A stretch of 44,733 nucleotides of DNA, the filler included, from Jimgerdemannia flammicorona (lineage: Eukaryota): NCBI GenBank assembly GCA_003990765.1. It is 2 parts of 2 records of this genome, joined end to end, with 100 filler letters (N's around TTAATTAATTAA, not from the genome) between each part and the next. Parts side by side here need not be neighbours in the genome. Positions count along the whole stretch, not along the records: positions 22,418 to 44,733 come from RBNJ01001303.1; 1 more part is not named here. One strand, 5' to 3'. The number at the start of each line of letters is the position of its first letter. Positions within the stretch are counted from its first letter, which is position 1. Positions 43,612-44,733 of the stretch are shown here, in pieces. The translations under genes and the position numbers were made by a program. A model generated the notes under the pieces. It saw nothing but the letters and a program-made list of their open reading frames with translations, was not told the origin of the DNA and ran no database searches.

Positions 43612-44045
43612 AGAACGGATGATTGGGACAGGATGGATGATTGAGATCCCAATTGTCCATCCATCTCATCTCAATCATCCATCCCATCCCAATCGTCTGT
43701 CCCTCTTGTCTCAATCATCTGTTCTGTCCCAATCGTCCGTCCGTCTCATCTCAATCGTCTGTCCCATCTCATGAGACGGATGATTGAGAGATGGATGATT
43801 GAGAGGAGATGAACAATTGAGAGGAGATGGACGATTGAGAGGAGATGGACGATTGAGAGGAGATGGATGATTGAGAGGAGATGGACAATTGAGAGGAGAT
43901 GGACGATTGAGAGGAGACGGACGATTGAGAGGAGATGGACGATTGAGAGGAGACAGACAATTGAGAGGAGATGGATGATTGAGAGGAGATGGATGATTGA
44001 GAGGAGATGGACGATTGAGAGGAGATGGATGATTGAGATGAGACA
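43612..44045 (-). repeat. 18-bp minisatellite in the right arm, mostly inverted (GAGAGGAGATGGACGATT)
   Basis: Reverse complement of the left-arm unit, with a forward-oriented block at about 43648-43770. Confidence 0.92.
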
Positions 44046-44733
44046 AGACTGGATGGACTTTGAGATGAGACATGGCAAGGATGGTATCTCCTCTACATTT
44101 ATTGCTGAATATATATATATATATATCTTGGTTTTGGGAAATGTTGAGAAAGGTTGTTAACAGTATTGACAGATGAATGATATCATATTTGCAACTTGAA
44201 ATCCAACCTGACCAGATGAAATAGATACAACCTAAGAGAATAAATCTGTTTATGAATATATGTCCAATTTGGATATACTTCAGCTTGTTGGATCCACCTT
44301 TGGTATGGAAATCTAGCACAATAAAGATAAATAAATTTGGAAATATATTTATAAAGTTATTCATATTTATGTGAAATATTTAATTTGGCTTTGTAAAATA
44401 AGGCCAAAATCGTGACGGGCCATTCACTGAGCTGAATTTATTCCCAAATCTATGCATGTCACAATTTCGGGTAACATTTCTATATTATAATACTAATAAC
44501 TATATTATTTAAATTTATATATTATTATAACTAAAATAAAAATAAAAAAAAACTCTCTATTTAATTAAAGTAGATAATATTTACTATATATATTTTTAAT
44601 AATATATTTTTTTAATATAGCCAATACAGAGGATAAGAGATTTATAAATTATGATATTTTAAGTTATAAAATAGTAAAAAAATCATTTTTATTAAAATAT
44701 TATATATAAAAATAAAAAAAGCTCTCTATTTGA

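Larger units (their letters stand above)
39610..44733 (+). mobile_element. Tc1/mariner/IS630-superfamily DNA transposon with long complex inverted arms; runs off the window
   Basis: Central DDE transposase pseudogene flanked by inverted matches (40196-40432 vs 44497-44733; ~40606-40701 vs ~44079-44168) and inverted minisatellites. The left end is inferred where LINE sequence stops, at TA|TAGTAC. Confidence 0.82.

Noticed and set aside
40628..44364. ORFs with MRWTIE / SSQSSI / LNRPSP repeats and poly-Ser or poly-Ile ORFs
   Set aside because: They are translations of the 18-bp minisatellite and antisense shadows of the transposase acidic tract.

Overview
This is eukaryotic genomic DNA with dense spliceosomal introns. 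Gene content, a U12 intron and the kinase family suggest an early-diverging fungus, probably Mucoromycota (inference). The left part (1-21 kb) is housekeeping: SPC25, a small EF-hand protein, a transglutaminase-like protease, SMC3 (with an AT-AC U12-type intron), a BUR1/CDK9 kinase and a 7TM-like protein with three GC-AG introns. An assembly gap with an artificial linker lies at 22318-22417. The right part is accessory. Its main feature is an intact ~989-aa gene (28060-32556) made of a TKL-type kinase, 14 LRR exons of exactly 84 nt each separated by homologous introns, and a C-terminal domain resembling a Mut7-C/DUF5615 PIN nuclease. I read it as a candidate exon-modular sensor-kinase-RNase. 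It is followed by AT-rich, C-to-T-eroded transposon relics: a probable LTR element, a LINE with its poly(A) tail, and an intron-containing Tc1/IS630-like element with long, foldback-like, minisatellite-bearing inverted arms. All exon boundaries were read by eye and no database searches were run.
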